NCBI GenBank assembly: GCA_045837725.1
Contig: JBEWZL010000232.1
Span: 372,001 to 436,000 of the forward strand
Length of the DNA stretch: 64,000 bases
DNA from: Vermamoeba vermiformis
Lineage: Eukaryota
Direction of reading: 5' to 3'
Below the pieces are notes generated by a model. It saw nothing but the letters and a program-made list of their open reading frames with translations, was not told the DNA's origin and made no database searches. Numbering within the stretch: position 1 is the stretch's first letter; each line of letters starts with the position of its first letter. Made by a program: the position numbers and the translations under genes. This document shows, piece after piece, positions 1-13,791 of the stretch.

Positions 1-1713
1 GAGAGGAATGCAAGAAGATTATTGATATTTCAAAGGTATTTAGAAATTTAATCCATTTTAACCCGCAGCGAAAGAGAATTGACGAAATTAATGATCTACA
101 AATTAATAATTTGCATATTTTTGCTATATTTAATTTAAATATGCTCCTAAAAGAAATTTGTTTACCAACGCTTCTAGATTCGGTCGGATTCCACTTTTCT
201 GAATCACACCGCACTGTTACGCTCAAAAATTATTATTACGCGAGATATAATATCTCCAACATTATATAACATCGTCTTTAATCTTAATTTTAACCTATTA
301 AGCGATTAATTAGTTTGGATCAGTTTGTAGCCGTTTTAGTTAAAAGAGATAAAGCGGAGAATTATATATTAACGCTATTTATCCTATAGGAACTCGTTGA
401 TTGGCCAGCAGGAGAGGATCCTTATGAGCCTAAAAAGTTGCCTGCAGTCTTTGCGCAACAGCCTAAGCTGATCGCTTTTCGTACCAACACCGATCAGCTT
501 CTTTGGGAAATCAGTAAGTTACAATCCGAGTTTATAAGTACCGATAAGAATGTACTTCAATGTGTTTGCACGAGAAATTATACCAAACTCGAGTTTTTAA
601 GACGAGTTTTCTAACGGATTTGATTTGTAGTCTCGAAGCTCTCGGTCTTACGAGATTTCCTAGTCATCTCAGACTCATTGCCCAAATGCATCACCATATC
701 ATACACTCTCAATAGAATCAAAAAGGTAACTCTCCGATTATTCATTATTTAGGCGCGATCGCGTCGATTCTCGCCGGCGAGCTCCGATTTGTGGAGCCCT
801 CGCCCACCTCCATCCTTTTTATACTTTTATGGAAAAGGAGTTAATCTGCCGTGTATATCACCTTTTTTGCCAAGTCTAACCATCTTTGAACTAGATTCTG
901 TTCACCGATCCTAACGAGCCGCTCTATCCTCAACGAAGGCCTACTTTTCAATATGTAGAACCTCCTAGTGGTACCACTAATAACAACAATAGCACCGAGA
1001 ACAATACCAACAACGTACGGGACCGATCCTACACTACTCCCGATTTTCTGCCTGCGCAAGAGCCAAATTCTTCATGGGTGCCTGCCGCGGCTAAAGACGA
1101 CTCGTCGAGCCCTCCTAATAGTGCTGGTAATTTAGCTAGTCCTAGGTTAGCTAAAAGGCCAAGTACAAAGTCACCTCGTGGAAGGATCAAGGCAAAGGAT
1201 ATCCGAAAGCCGGAGCTATTACATGATGAAGTGGATGGTACGTACTATAGTTAAATATTGTGATTCTTCGCGAGCTAAATTAATCTCTGGATCCCTAAAA
1301 CGAATCCAGAGTAATCTTGGATTCGCGAATCCGAACCCAAGTTTTTTATTGCTTAAAGTTGCATTTTATAGACACTATTTATAATATAGTATGTTTTCAA
1401 TAGCTCAAGCTGTTATTTTAATTACAGGAGACCCGCAGAAGTGGGATCAAATATTTCAATCGCCTACAGACGGCAGATCGATGCTACGATCAAGCTCAAG
1501 AAAAAGAAATGAGGTGGACAACTTAATTATGAAGAGTAAGTCGTTTTTTTATACAAAGACCTTCCATAAGCAATTACTTCGGATTCGGACTGGATGTGCT
1601 AAAGAGGAAATTATTTTGAAACGATCAATAGTACTTAACAGTAAGGCAGTTTAAGGTTCTATCGCGTAACTTAATTAGCTTACGCGAGTAACTTGAGCAG
1701 GCCAAAGCCTTAA
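1..1713 (+). CDS. Hypothetical multi-exon protein, 5' truncated by the window edge
   Basis: GT-AG-bounded exons can be joined in frame: ELVDWPAGEDPYEPKK (~390-513), SKLSVLRDFLV (~631-725), ILFTDPNEP...HDEVD (~895-1237), GDPQKWDQ (~1428-1534), TYASNLSRPKP* (stop 1711-1713). No recognisable domain. Confidence 0.5.
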
Positions 1714-1959
1714 ATACAAATGAATTTTCGAACAGGTGATCCGATTAACGCGGAACCAGAGCAAAAATTTTGGCTTTCAGTTCGAAAACTCGCGTCATTT
1801 TTAGTGATTTACTGAAATTTGTCCTATTGTGTGTTTCTCAGCATTCGTTTTCCGTTTTATTTCACTCTTTTCGTTCAATCAATCGACCACCGATCAGCTT
1901 ACTTTCGCTCGATCGGATCTTTATTTATTTGTACATAGTATTATTTATTTGTATATACG

Positions 1960-4374
1960 ATGGAAGTCTATATCCAGCCTACCAGTTATGTAGTATATAA
2001 GGCTCTTAAGCGCTCCAGTCCTGCTAAATCCAGAGCTAAGCGAAGAAAAACGCGCAATGGCTTGTCTTTGACCAAGTCTCAAAGCAATGATTACTTCGCA
2101 CTTAAATCTGAAGCTAGTCGTGAACGAAGTTGCACCTTTGCTGAACCATTTTCAACAGAAACAGAAACGCTTACACAGGAGATGCGCGATCGCGTGCTTC
2201 ACAACATGATCTCGCGGCCGGAGTTATTCCGAAACACATCTTCACCTGCTCCTAACCCGCGCCTCAGCAAGATTGAAGTAAGTACTCTCCCTAATATATG
2301 CCGCGCTATACGGCCAATTACCGTTAATTTGTGGCTGGCACGGCATAGAAAATCTTTTCGATATTCCCCGGGAGCTATTTATTTTTTGCTTGTTTTTGCT
2401 AAATAAGTAAATATGATCTAATATTTGGTATATTTGCAGCTCGACAAAGAACTACTTAATCAAACATTAGTTGCAATTTGCGAGGGATACCCCGTTGATT
2501 TCGGAAACGCCCTTTTGACAAGTAAGTGTCATACTGTCATATATATTTATTATCAAGTACCGTACACAAATATAGATACGATACGTTTCAATATCCTGTA
2601 TGTGATACTGATTTTTGTGCGTCGGATCAGCCCTACCTTACAACGAGCCAGAAAGAAAATTGAAGAAATGGCACTCGTCACCTGAAGAGGCCCATCGACC
2701 TGAAAGTACGTTATTAGTTGATTATGCATATGAAGATATTCATGGGATTAATATTTGTGATTTTTGAGTAGAGGGCCATTTGATGCCGTTCAAGATCCTC
2801 AACAAGGACTTGGATTACACTTATTTTGCGAGTGAATTCAAAGACAATTTGCACTTCAATTACATTAGCAACGATGAGATTGGTCCTGCGATTTTATCGA
2901 TTGCTGTGGCTCCTATTAAAGATAGCAGCGACCAATGCCAAATGTTTGCCTTATTAAGAACAGACAAGGTAAATATTTCATAATATTGCATCTATTTTTA
3001 TCAATTTTATTATTCAATTGATCGTTGACGGGATTCAACTTAACATTCCTTTTTTAGGTTACGGAGCACATCCGACCTTTGCAAGTGTTTCCAATCAAAG
3101 AGCTCAAGGACGATAGCAAAGACTGGCTGAAAAAGTTCATCAAGCTGCGCAAGGACTTGGTGGGTGTTCATTTCAATCAAGTCAAGGACAACGACCTCGA
3201 TCGCAAGCTGCTGGAGTTTGAAAACAACGAAATCAACACGCAGTACAAGTTTGGCTTGTTGTACGTCAAGAACGGTCAGACTACTGAGAACGAGTACTAC
3301 GGCAATAGTAAGGATATAATACGTTCATATATAACGGTGCGCGTATTAACTGAATGTGTCGTGTAGCGCAATTGAGCGAAGATTACCAAGAATTTTTGAA
3401 TTTTGTGGGCGAGACCATCACGCTCAAAGGATGGAACAAATACGACGGAGAATTGGACACTAAGAGTACGTGTTATGACCCTTACTTGTCGTTCATGAAC
3501 GAGCGGTGCTAATAATGAAATTTCTATTTTTAGAGGACACCACTGGCACGCAGTCACTTTACGCCTCGTGGTATGATTACGAAGTGATGTTCCATACTGC
3601 GACGATGTTACCGTTCTCTACTGTCGACGAGCAACAAGTAAGCATTTAGTATTATATTGTTCATTATAGGAATTAAATTGGAATTATGATCAATTTCCGC
3701 GATCCAAAATTATAAACCGCCGAGTTTTTCCAACGGTTTAAGTAATGCCCAAATCTTTCTTAAAATTGTTAAATGAACAATTATTTGCTTGAAATAATAT
3801 TACTCTTAAAGCGGACTATTATTAATATGAAATTTTTAACTATCAGATCGAGCGCAAGAGATTTATTGGCAATGACATAGTTGTGCTGATTTTCAACGAC
3901 GGCACGACACACTTCGACCCCTCACAAATGCACTCGCACTTCAATCACGTGTTCGTTGTCGTGCAGGTCGACAAAGAGACGAAAGCTCGCACGGGCAAGA
4001 CGTGCTACAAGATTGCGATAGTGACTAAAGACGGCGTGCCTGCATTCCCTCCTGACTTCCCACGCCATTACTGCTTCGAGAAAGGCACTGAGTTCCGCGA
4101 CTTCTTGTTCTCAAAACGTAAGTGAACGATATATAATTATATATAATAGAGCGCTAGTATTAAAAAGTTGGTGGATCACGCGGATCTAAACCGCAACTTT
4201 TTTCAATCCCAAAAATGACAAAGATATTAATACTGTATTATAGTGATCAATAGTGAACGAGCAGCTGTTACTGGTCACCCAATTTTCTCGCGCAAGATCC
4301 AACGCACACGACGGGATATCTTGAGCAGCTTGATCCAGCCGTACACGAAGAAACGAGCGTCCAAGGCCAAGTAA
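1960..4374 (+). CDS. Rap/Ran-GAP domain protein (RapGAP)
   Basis: Spliced exons encode the RapGAP motifs YKFGLLYVKNGQTTENEYYGN, YEVMFHTATMLPF, QIERKRFIGNDIVVLIF and SHFNHVFVVVQ; stop at 4372-4374. Confidence 0.92.
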
Positions 4375-4863
4375 TAATATAGTAGGTCTATCGTACTACT
4401 ATTTCTATTGTTAATACTTGCGGCTATATTTATTTATTATGGATTACGATTCACAAACTTGAAGTGCGATCCAATCTAGATTTTGTAGTAATTTATTTGT
4501 TAATTAATGTACACCAACGATAACTATCCTAATCGATGTATCATAGAGTATCATCGACATTGCAGAAAATGCACTGTTGATGAATGTAAATAAATTAAAC
4601 CAAAGTACATTATAGATCTCGCAGTTTGTCTTAGAACCAACAAGCTTGGTATCTTGCATTCATTTTGAAGAATTGCTTTAACTCTACAGTGATAGTATTC
4701 GTGCGGAGCTCATTTGCAGTATCACGGAATTGCTGTACCTCATTACTGCTCCCCTTCCCGAGTGATTAAATTCTTGGGTTGTTGACACTTGGGGATTTAA
4801 AATCAATTTTACATATAAATAGTATCTTATTTTACAACTCTAATAATTACTGTTTCTATTTTC

Positions 4864-6895
4864 TTATTCCAAACTATTCGTCTTCTCGCGCGGCGTATTC
4901 AGCTGCGTCAAACTGGTGCCAGTCTTTTCGTCAGTAGACTTATTAGAAGCACGTGACGAAGTGCCGCGATTAGGATTGGGTGCAAATGCGAGAATGGAGG
5001 CCATGCTTTGGGCATTGAGACACATGTACACTGCGTACCAGAACAAAATAAACGCTGTTGGAATGCGCAAGAATGGCGTCACTAAGAAAATAGCTGCGGC
5101 AATGAAACAAATGATGAAAATTCCGCTGACCATAATCCGCGTGGTCGTCTATAATAAAGTAAGAAAAAAACAATAGCCTTGCATAAGTATGATAAAGTAC
5201 TTGCCTTTTTAAGCATTTTATCGGCGTGCGATTGGTGCTGAGCTCGTTGTTTCAGAAAAGTGATCACTTTAGCTGCGGTCAACCAGTAGAAAACTGAGAA
5301 TGCCACTCCGAATGCAGCGTAGATAATGCCGAGTACTAATAAAGATACATTGACGCCGGCACCTATAGTAAGATAGTCGTATTGGTAAATTGTTATAAAA
5401 ATTAGTAGTGGGTATAATGTCGTACCAATTGACCGGGTCACGTTGGTTGCAATCTCCGCGGCGAAGATAAAAGCAATGGCAGCAATGCAAGGTTTCAACG
5501 ATTTGCCCATAAATTTGTAAATTTTCAACGAGCTCGATGAGATTATGTCGTACCTGGATCCAAAGTGTCAAAAAGTGTCAACACAAATGTCAAACTGAAG
5601 TTCGTACCAGTAGAATGTGATCAGAATGATAGACGTAAATGTGAACGGAAAACTGATCGTAAGTAATATAGACGATGGCGTATAAGTAATTATTGAGCGA
5701 GTGAATGCTGGATCTACCGCTGAATAAACAAACCGAACTAAAAAAAGCAAGGATTAGAATAATTCAGATTAAATCTCGTTAAAGTCAATAATTAATGATT
5801 TATCTTACTAGAGTTTGCAATGATTTCAGCTGCTAAGCAGATTTGAGCCAAGCCGATCTTGCATCCAACGGATTTAACAAACAAGGCGATTCTGTAAAGA
5901 GCCAAACCGATGTTCGTAAGAATAAATCCTGAGCAGCTCACTTGTAAGAATATAACGTAGCCTTCTTTTGATAATTTATCCCACTCGTTAATCTCTGAAA
6001 TGAAGGGCAAGAAATTAATTAACAATTTCGCCGACTTTACGAGTAGCCTTTTTCCTAATTAGGAATAAAATTGACGACATTATCTCTCACCTGATGGATC
6101 GAAAACAGCTTCGACGGCTTGATCTGGCGCAAGTTGATCCAACACTGGCGTTGTGTAACGTAATAATGCTTGACAGATCGGCACGTAAATGTTTTGAAAG
6201 TCCCTGTCGTCGATATTGAATTGAGTTTGGCCGGGAACCACTATAAAATAATTTTAATTAATGATATGACAGCTTAGATAGATAATTAAAAAAATTCTGT
6301 TCTTTGAATTGCCTTTTTAAGATCTGGATCTGTGTTCTTGCGGGAGAGCAATCCGCAATTAAAGAAAGACCAAAGATATTGAATTAATAAATATACGCAT
6401 AATATTTTCAAAATTACGTCGAATATTTGAGAAAATTGAAGAAAATTTACCTCCGTCTGAAGAAACCACAAGAGCGATTGCACCAGCCGCTTGAAGGGTT
6501 CTTACGAGCCCCATAGAGGCACCGTTTGTTATTACTATAAATCCAGTCATATTCTCGCTCTTATCGGTGACCATGAGGCCTTGGATCGTCGAAAATACTT
6601 GGCTCGAATCTTTGTATTGAACTGGAACGCATGAAAATGTAGTGTTAAGTGAGGGAATAGTCACTGTAGCATGAGTATATATCGCTATAATAAAATTTAG
6701 TCAATTAATGAAGAAACTACGCATCTAGGTATCAAAATGATTTGATCTGTGCCATTTTATCAAAATATCATTAATATGACCGTTATAGTGAACATTATTA
6801 TTAAATTATTATTGTATTGCATTTTTGAGTATTTTAACCGTACCACACAAGCATAAAACCAACGAACAGACCTCGATCCAACGACCAGCTTTCAT
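4864..6895 (-). CDS. Signal peptide + PA-like domain + multi-pass (about 7 TM) membrane protein
   Basis: N-terminus MKAGRWIEVCSLVLCLC, PA-like LVRTLQAAGAIALVV, then successive hydrophobic helices in ORFs 5792-6025, 5568-5750, 5082-5528 and 4864-5133. Confidence 0.65.
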
Positions 6896-7267
6896 TTTGT
6901 TAATTATATGACAAGGACTTTAATAGGCGCTAGGTCACTAATAGGGTAGATTTGTGGTGTATTGGACCACTGAGGTTGTAAATTAGAACACATCGCACTC
7001 AAATTACTGAATGACAGCCCAATGACACGTGTCAAACAATGTGACAGAATCCAAAGTAAGGAAACCACTTCCGAAGATGTACTTAATATACTTACTTCCT
7101 TATTATTCGATAACTATGGATGTATTCAAACCCCTTATTTTTCTGTGTCAGATCTAGTGTAAAATAACAGTCAAAATTGTTTTTATTGTACAAGCCTTAG
7201 ATAGGCAATACAGCATATAGAAGTCATCGAATCCAATTAGATGACAATTATATGACCATAATATACC

Positions 7268-10200
7268 TTATTTAGAGGCAATGATCGCTCTAGACTCGAC
7301 GCGTCGTTCGAGATCTCGCATCAACTTTTTCAAGTTTTCGGGCTCGACGTAGAAATAATAAAAGAGATTTCGTTCAATCTGTGCTTCTTTCGGCATCGCT
7401 TGAAGTTTCTATAATACAAAATCGTCAGAATTGCAACTTATTCTAGCAGATCTACAGAAATATTTCCATAAAAGGAAAAAATGGTTATATGAGCATTGTA
7501 AGCATACCGATTGTTTCTCTTGCTGAACCTTCATAATAGACTCCATAGAAGCACTTAGGCCGTTCAACGCATTTTCCAATCGCTGCTGCGCGTCGGTAAT
7601 AGCCTATTTGATTTCAAAAATTGTTAGATCTTGCGTACTTTGACTTCTAATGGAACAGTATTGCCTAATATGATCACGAATATTATGATATAACAATTTA
7701 TTAAATGATAAAACGGTTTAAAAAATGCGCGACGGCGATTACGTCCGAATCCAAGCTCACACGCCAAAAAAAAATATTGATTCAAGAAAACGAATCTAGA
7801 TATATTTTGGTTAAAACATACCTTGGGAGTTAAATTAGGCTGCGTTATTGCGGTAGACGAGCCGAACAAAAGCGCGCGAATGCGTTGCTGGATCTCTCGC
7901 CTAAATTTCAAAAATTAATCAAAAATACTTAATCAAATCACATTATATTCGGAAAATTATATTGTGGTTCAATTCTATATTCGTTCTAGAATGCGAAATC
8001 TTTTCTCTCCAAATATTATCTCTAGCAGCTCCAAATCCAGATCAATTTTACGTACGCTTGCTCGATCTCCTCAGATCTGATTCTGCCCATTTCAGCGCAA
8101 CGCTTGTCTAGTGATCTAAACTTATCGGTGACCAGTCTAGCTTGCTCAATTATGGCTTCAACGCTGGAGAAAGACTTCGCGTCGTCTGTACGCGGATGTA
8201 AGAACTAAAACCAACCATTAAATAAGGTTATGAGCATACCTGATCGTAGTAGTTGATAGATATCAAGCAATGATTGGTCTTTTAAGTCGATCCAGCCAGA
8301 ATTCTTATCGTTGTTTCGAGAATCCAATGCCGAGCCTTCTGATTGGAAGCCAGACATCCACTTCTGTTATAAGCGTTATTATAAGTACATGGGAGGATAA
8401 ATCATTGAAGGACTACGTTGAGAATAACATAAAATGACGCTCTAAGCGGATGTAGTTTTGTACGTACCAAGCGATGATCGAATCCAGAAACAGATCTGTC
8501 CAGAACGGTTGCAACGGCCGTTAATAGGCAATAAGCATCGACTACTCGTCGCATCTCAGTCTTAAGGCTCATTGAAACGACTTTAAAGCGAGCTTGTTGT
8601 TGGAGTAGATGCGACAAGATCTGAGCAGGTAGAAATGGATTAGAACCGCCTAAACTCACATATATATACATACTTGGCTTTGTTTGAAGTTAAGGTAGTT
8701 TTGACGAGCGATTTTGAGGTTGTAATCGCCCCACAAGATCTGAGTTTGTTGGAGCTTCGAAAGTTCAGTTACCAAACTAGGCAAGAGGACTTGAGTCATT
8801 TCTGCCAGCGATCTATTTACTGAACTATATTGCTTCTTAGTTTCAGCAATCTTATCGCTAGAATAATGAAGATCAGTTCAGTGAATCCAGATGTAGCAGA
8901 GAGAAAAAGTATAAAACGGTCCATTTGAGACAATAACTTACGTTAAGGTATTGGTATCATATAATTGATACTTTTGAGCACTAGCAGCCTGATATTGCAT
9001 CATTTCAAGACCGGTCTTAACGCGAGACAACTCTTGAGCCGTTTTGATCTCTGTCTTCATGCCAATAACATAGCTGTAATAATAATTATAAGATAAGTAT
9101 ATAGTCAATCGGATTACTATTTATATAGCTAACTGTTCAATACGTACGCATTTTGTAAACGTTTCAACTCGCGTGAGTGCTCCGCATGGCTTTCAACTGA
9201 ATCGCCTTAATATAATAATTAAGCATACATGTGACTTAATATTAAGATAATATGATACTTACCCTTAATATAAAGCACCATCGGATCTTGAACTTTTAGG
9301 AGCGAGTACTTGTCGTTAGTCTCATCCAGACTCATCGAATTCTGTTATTATAGATTAATACCGCGCATCAATAGCGTTATTAGATGGTACTAACTTGCGA
9401 GAACTTGCTTTGGAGGCTGATCAGCATCTGAGTGAACTCTTCCTCGGCTTGATAGTACTCGTGGAACGAGAGAACAGCCATAGAAGTGATCGCTAGAAAA
9501 AAGGGGTTAGTTTCATCGCTGAAGACCATATTATTGAGTACTCTATCGTGCTTCGAGGGTAAGATCCGAAAATAAATTGAGCTCAATAAGAGCGTTATTA
9601 CTAGGTTGATAGTATGCACGTGAATATGCACTTACGTTGATCAGTAATCTGTTTGCGACCAGACTCGTACTGGCCTTGTAGTTGTACGATGTTGGCCACC
9701 GACTTGGAGATCTGACCAACAGCCTCGTTCAACTGCACATCATTAGCATATTATTATTTGGCACTAGGGATATCTTTTGATAGTACCTGACTGTTAGTAG
9801 CCTTCAATTTCTCGCCGGTGGTTCGGATGGACTCGTCTTCAAGTCGTTTGTGCAATTGCTGAACATCTACGAGGCGCTGATCGAGCTTAGATTGTTGAGT
9901 AGTAAATCGATCGCGTGTATGAACGAGGTTAGTAAGCTCTTGCTGGTTTTGTTCGAGTTCCTTCTTTAGATTCGCGATCTCTTCTCTGTTATCAAATAAT
10001 TTGTTAAAATTGAAGCTCTAACCTTAGTAAGCATATATAACGTACTTTAATGAGTCCACGGTCTCTTCTTCGTTGAAAAAATTGATGCTTTGTAACGCGT
10101 CTTCGAGATCCTCCTCCTAGTTCAATTTAAATTAATAAATTTGCAACTAAATAATTATTATAAACTATCTTACGTCTAACACTTGCTCTTTGGCTTGCAA

Positions 10201-10444
10201 AGTCGCGAATCTGATCAAAAAACCGGTTAGAAATTAATTTTACAAAGTGATCGAACACTACACACTTTTTTAACTCTTCATCCGTTACTAAATTATTTTT
10301 CTTAATATTATTGCATATCCATGATAATAAAGGCTTGGTTGCTTCTTCAGTAATGAACATCCAGTCAAAAGATTCAGGACGGACCTTCGTCTTTGACGTG
10401 TAGCCCAAATCTTGCAATAAATTATAAAACTGTGTGCCACTCAT
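7268..10444 (-). CDS. HAUS3: HAUS augmin-like complex subunit 3
   Basis: N-terminus MSGTQFYNLLQDLGY...ESFDWMF...LLSWICNNI..NNLVTDEEL matches the HAUS3 N-terminal pattern; coiled-coil exons follow; C-terminus RNLFYYFYVEPENLKKLMRDLE...ASK*. Confidence 0.85.
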
Positions 10445-10477
10445 TATTGGTACTGCTTGAAATAGGTCCTAATTAGA

Positions 10478-10510
10478 GTTTGAATTTCAAAAACCGATTT
10501 GGCGGGAAAA
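10478..10510 (-). promoter_or_regulatory. E2F-like site plus CHR-like TTTGAA upstream of HAUS3, in a bidirectional promoter
   Basis: Minus strand reads TTTTCCCGCCAAATCGGTTTTTGAAATTCAAA about 35-65 nt upstream of the HAUS3 ATG. Confidence 0.4.
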
Positions 10511-10714
10511 CATGATCTCAGTTGTTTTTTGGGTCTCGAGTGTAATACGAGTTACAACGTAGCCAATGATGCGCGTCAACTCGATATTTCTATTTATGGC
10601 GAACTATCATCGTCACGACACTTTTTTCATGCGTGGTCCTATTCAAAGTTATTTCGCAAAAGGGAACCTTTAAATACAACTCACGGCTTTGTTAATTTTT
10701 TTTAACAAGCACAA

Positions 10715-13448
10715 ATGCAAGACAAGGAGGTATTTATACCACAATCGATACTCCAAAGCGAGGACTTCGACGCGATCAAATCCGCGATATTTAAAAAATT
10801 CAAAAACTCGCTTACCAATGTTCGAACGTGGGCGGCTCAATGCTTACATAAGGTAATATTTGATTAATTTATTTTAAATAACTGAAAAAATGTCAAACTG
10901 ATAATTTTTATTCGATCTAGTATCGCCAAGATGACATTTATTGGGGACCTGTGGTCACCAAAATATTAATATATTTGGCCACACAAGCCCAAACAAAAGA
11001 TAATCTAATCGACAAAATCTTAAGCCAAAGTTCGCATTTTTGGATTTCCCGACTTGGTAAGTCCCTTCTGATCTCGCGGATCACCTTTAAATAATACTAT
11101 TACTCCTTTAGATAATTATTTAAACGATGAAGTGGGCTCGGATTGCTTATTCTTCCTTTATAAAATGAACTTTGTGACGGTGAAAGCCGTTACGCAAAGT
11201 CCCTCGCTGTTTGCTCATTTTGCGCGCTTATACAACGTTCATGACTTTATGAATATTAAATACGAAGGTATATTATACTAATACAAAAGCGCGTAAGTAT
11301 TTTCTAATGGATCTGCCCAATTTTTTTGAAGGCTTTTCGCTGGTCTATAATTTTTTGGTTGAAAATATGAACAGTAAAGAAGCGCTGATTGGAATAGAAA
11401 AATTATTTGAAGTCTATCAATCCGACTTTAAATACATTATCAGTCCAAGCCTCGCCGAGATCCGTTTACTCGTTGAGAAATACACGAGCTACAACACCGC
11501 AATTATCAACTTTTTGAAGGAAACCAAACTATCGTTTCCTGCAGTAGGTAAATATTAATACTAAGATAATTATTAAGGTGTATTTGGCCACTCAATAATG
11601 ATTTCAGATAATGCCTGCATTTGTTTGTACAGACCGGTAATTGAGCCGTATGCGTGGTACACCGTTAAACAGTACGTATAATGTGGCTACTATTATAATA
11701 TACAAGTATTAATGAAATTATTGTTAATAGGCCAGCAAAAGTTTCCGGTACGCGAAGATTGTAGTACGCAACAATTAACATTAATATTCTAACTGCTGTA
11801 TTATGGTAGAAATTCAACGTTTTTTGCGTGATATAAGCGAAAAAAAATTCAAAAAGAGATTAGAGTTAAAAGGAAAAAGTTTGTTAACACTTACAAACGC
11901 TGGCATTTGTAAACAAATACTCGCCGAAGTAGAATGGTACCTAGTACAAGCCTATGGTATGTCTTATTCATTTAAACTGATATGACTGACTTTATCAGAT
12001 ACGGCGTATAAGCTCGATGAATCTGCTTTTTGCCTGCCGATCGGATTCACTCCGACCTCGCAATTTCCGTTGAATATGCTTCCAACGGAGATTACAGAAG
12101 CAATTTTATCAGAATTTCAAACCGATCAATTAGCACGAGCAATATTCTGTTTGTCGAAGGGTTGTAATCAGATCAAGAGAGTTTTTGATTGGAGAAGATT
12201 CTTGAAGCGTCAATTCCCGCTAAAATATGATATGATCAACGATACATTAGCAGAAAATCCGAATTTCAAATGGAATCACTATTGTATGGTTCAGAACAGG
12301 TACGACAAGGCTAATCGAGTAATGACACTTATTGACCGTGTCATTTTTAGGCTCAGATCGAATTGGAGTCAGGGTGCATTTTCCAAATTAGTTCTCCCTG
12401 GAAGCCCGTGCTCGATGGATGAAAATTTGTTCATCGGATGCAGCAAAGTTCCTCGTGCCAATGACACAAACTTCGAGTCAGACGAATTTCTGTTCTTTTC
12501 GCCAAACGATCAGGAAGGAAGCTTTGAGTTGACAGAAGAACACGTGGGATACTATTGGCTGAATTGGAACGATACAAAGGATTATTACAAGGTCAATTTT
12601 TTTGCGCCGGTCTCAGATGCGAGAGTGTGTCTTATCGACACTATTTCAGAACTTCCAAAGATTGCTTTAGTATTCAGACACTATTTGGAGATATGGGAGG
12701 GCAGCTCGATGTTAGCAGATGTTCAGACACCGATATTAGACCCCTTGGTCAGGAGATCCGTGTATCACAACCAGTCACTCTACATCGGTAACTTTTCAAG
12801 TATTTTTTTGGGCCACTTGAATTAATTAATCCAATATTAGGTCCATATAAGTATCGTCTGGATAACAACATGGCGAGAGAGCAGGTTCTAGGAGATCACG
12901 AGTTCGTGTTGGACATTGGCCGCAAAAACGATTTAATGATTTGCGGTTCTCGGTTAACCATCAAATCGTGCTCCGATCATCAAACGGTAGCATCATTTGC
13001 CAGTCCAACAGCGCTGGCCAGCAGTGCTGTATTTTTGGATGAGCATAAGTTTGCCGCAAATGCATCGCAAGTCGGAATAATTCGCCTGTTTGACGTACGA
13101 AATCTAGGGGCTGGTGCGACATCTCAGGTAATCACTGAGAAAATTTTTTTACTATATTTAGAAAACACAGTCGTTTCTAACCGTTGCTTTGATGAATTTC
13201 ATCAGATTGATTTGCACTCGCTCAAACACAAGTTCGGATCGCTTGACGGACCGAATCAACGTGCCGTAAGCGAAATGGATAATGGCATAGTCAATGTATG
13301 GAACTTGAAGACTTGCAAATGGACGACAGCTTTTGACGCCAATCAATCGGCCACAGAGTATCTCATCAACGCGAGATATTTGTGCGCTGGATCTGCGAAT
13401 GATACGACAAACGTATTTGATTTCAATAACAACGCAAAGTATTATTAG
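10715..13448 (+). CDS. F-box protein with C-terminal WD40-like repeats
   Basis: F-box-like FPLNMLPTEITEAILSEF...CLSK at ~12064-12160; WD-like ends GIIRLFDVR, GIVNVWNLK, TTNVFDF; upstream exons start at MQDKEVFIPQ. Confidence 0.7.
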
Positions 13449-13791
13449 CTTACGGAGCGGACTATTCAAAAAGGTAACGAGAGATTTACCAGCGCAAATG
13501 ATACGTGTCAATTTTTTTTTCGTGATAAATTGCAAATTTAGCTTTATAGGCTCTTCAATCGGCCCAATCAATAGTTCAATCAATATGTTGTGATGTAAAG
13601 CTTGCTATTTATAAATTTCTTCGTATAAGCATCATAAGCGAATTGCAATATTTTTTGTGATCCGCGACTCATACTTCAAAAATCAAAAATTACAATCATT
13701 ACCCGCTGTTTTGAAGCATTACTTTTTGTTTTTTCGAAACCGAAACTGAATAGCACAAGGGCAGTGTATTATACCTTGTGACTATAATACC

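Noticed and set aside
841-1059. 72-aa minus-strand ORF with a hydrophobic stretch
   Set aside because: It is antisense to a better-supported plus-strand exon (Asn/Thr-rich EPPSGTTNNNN...).
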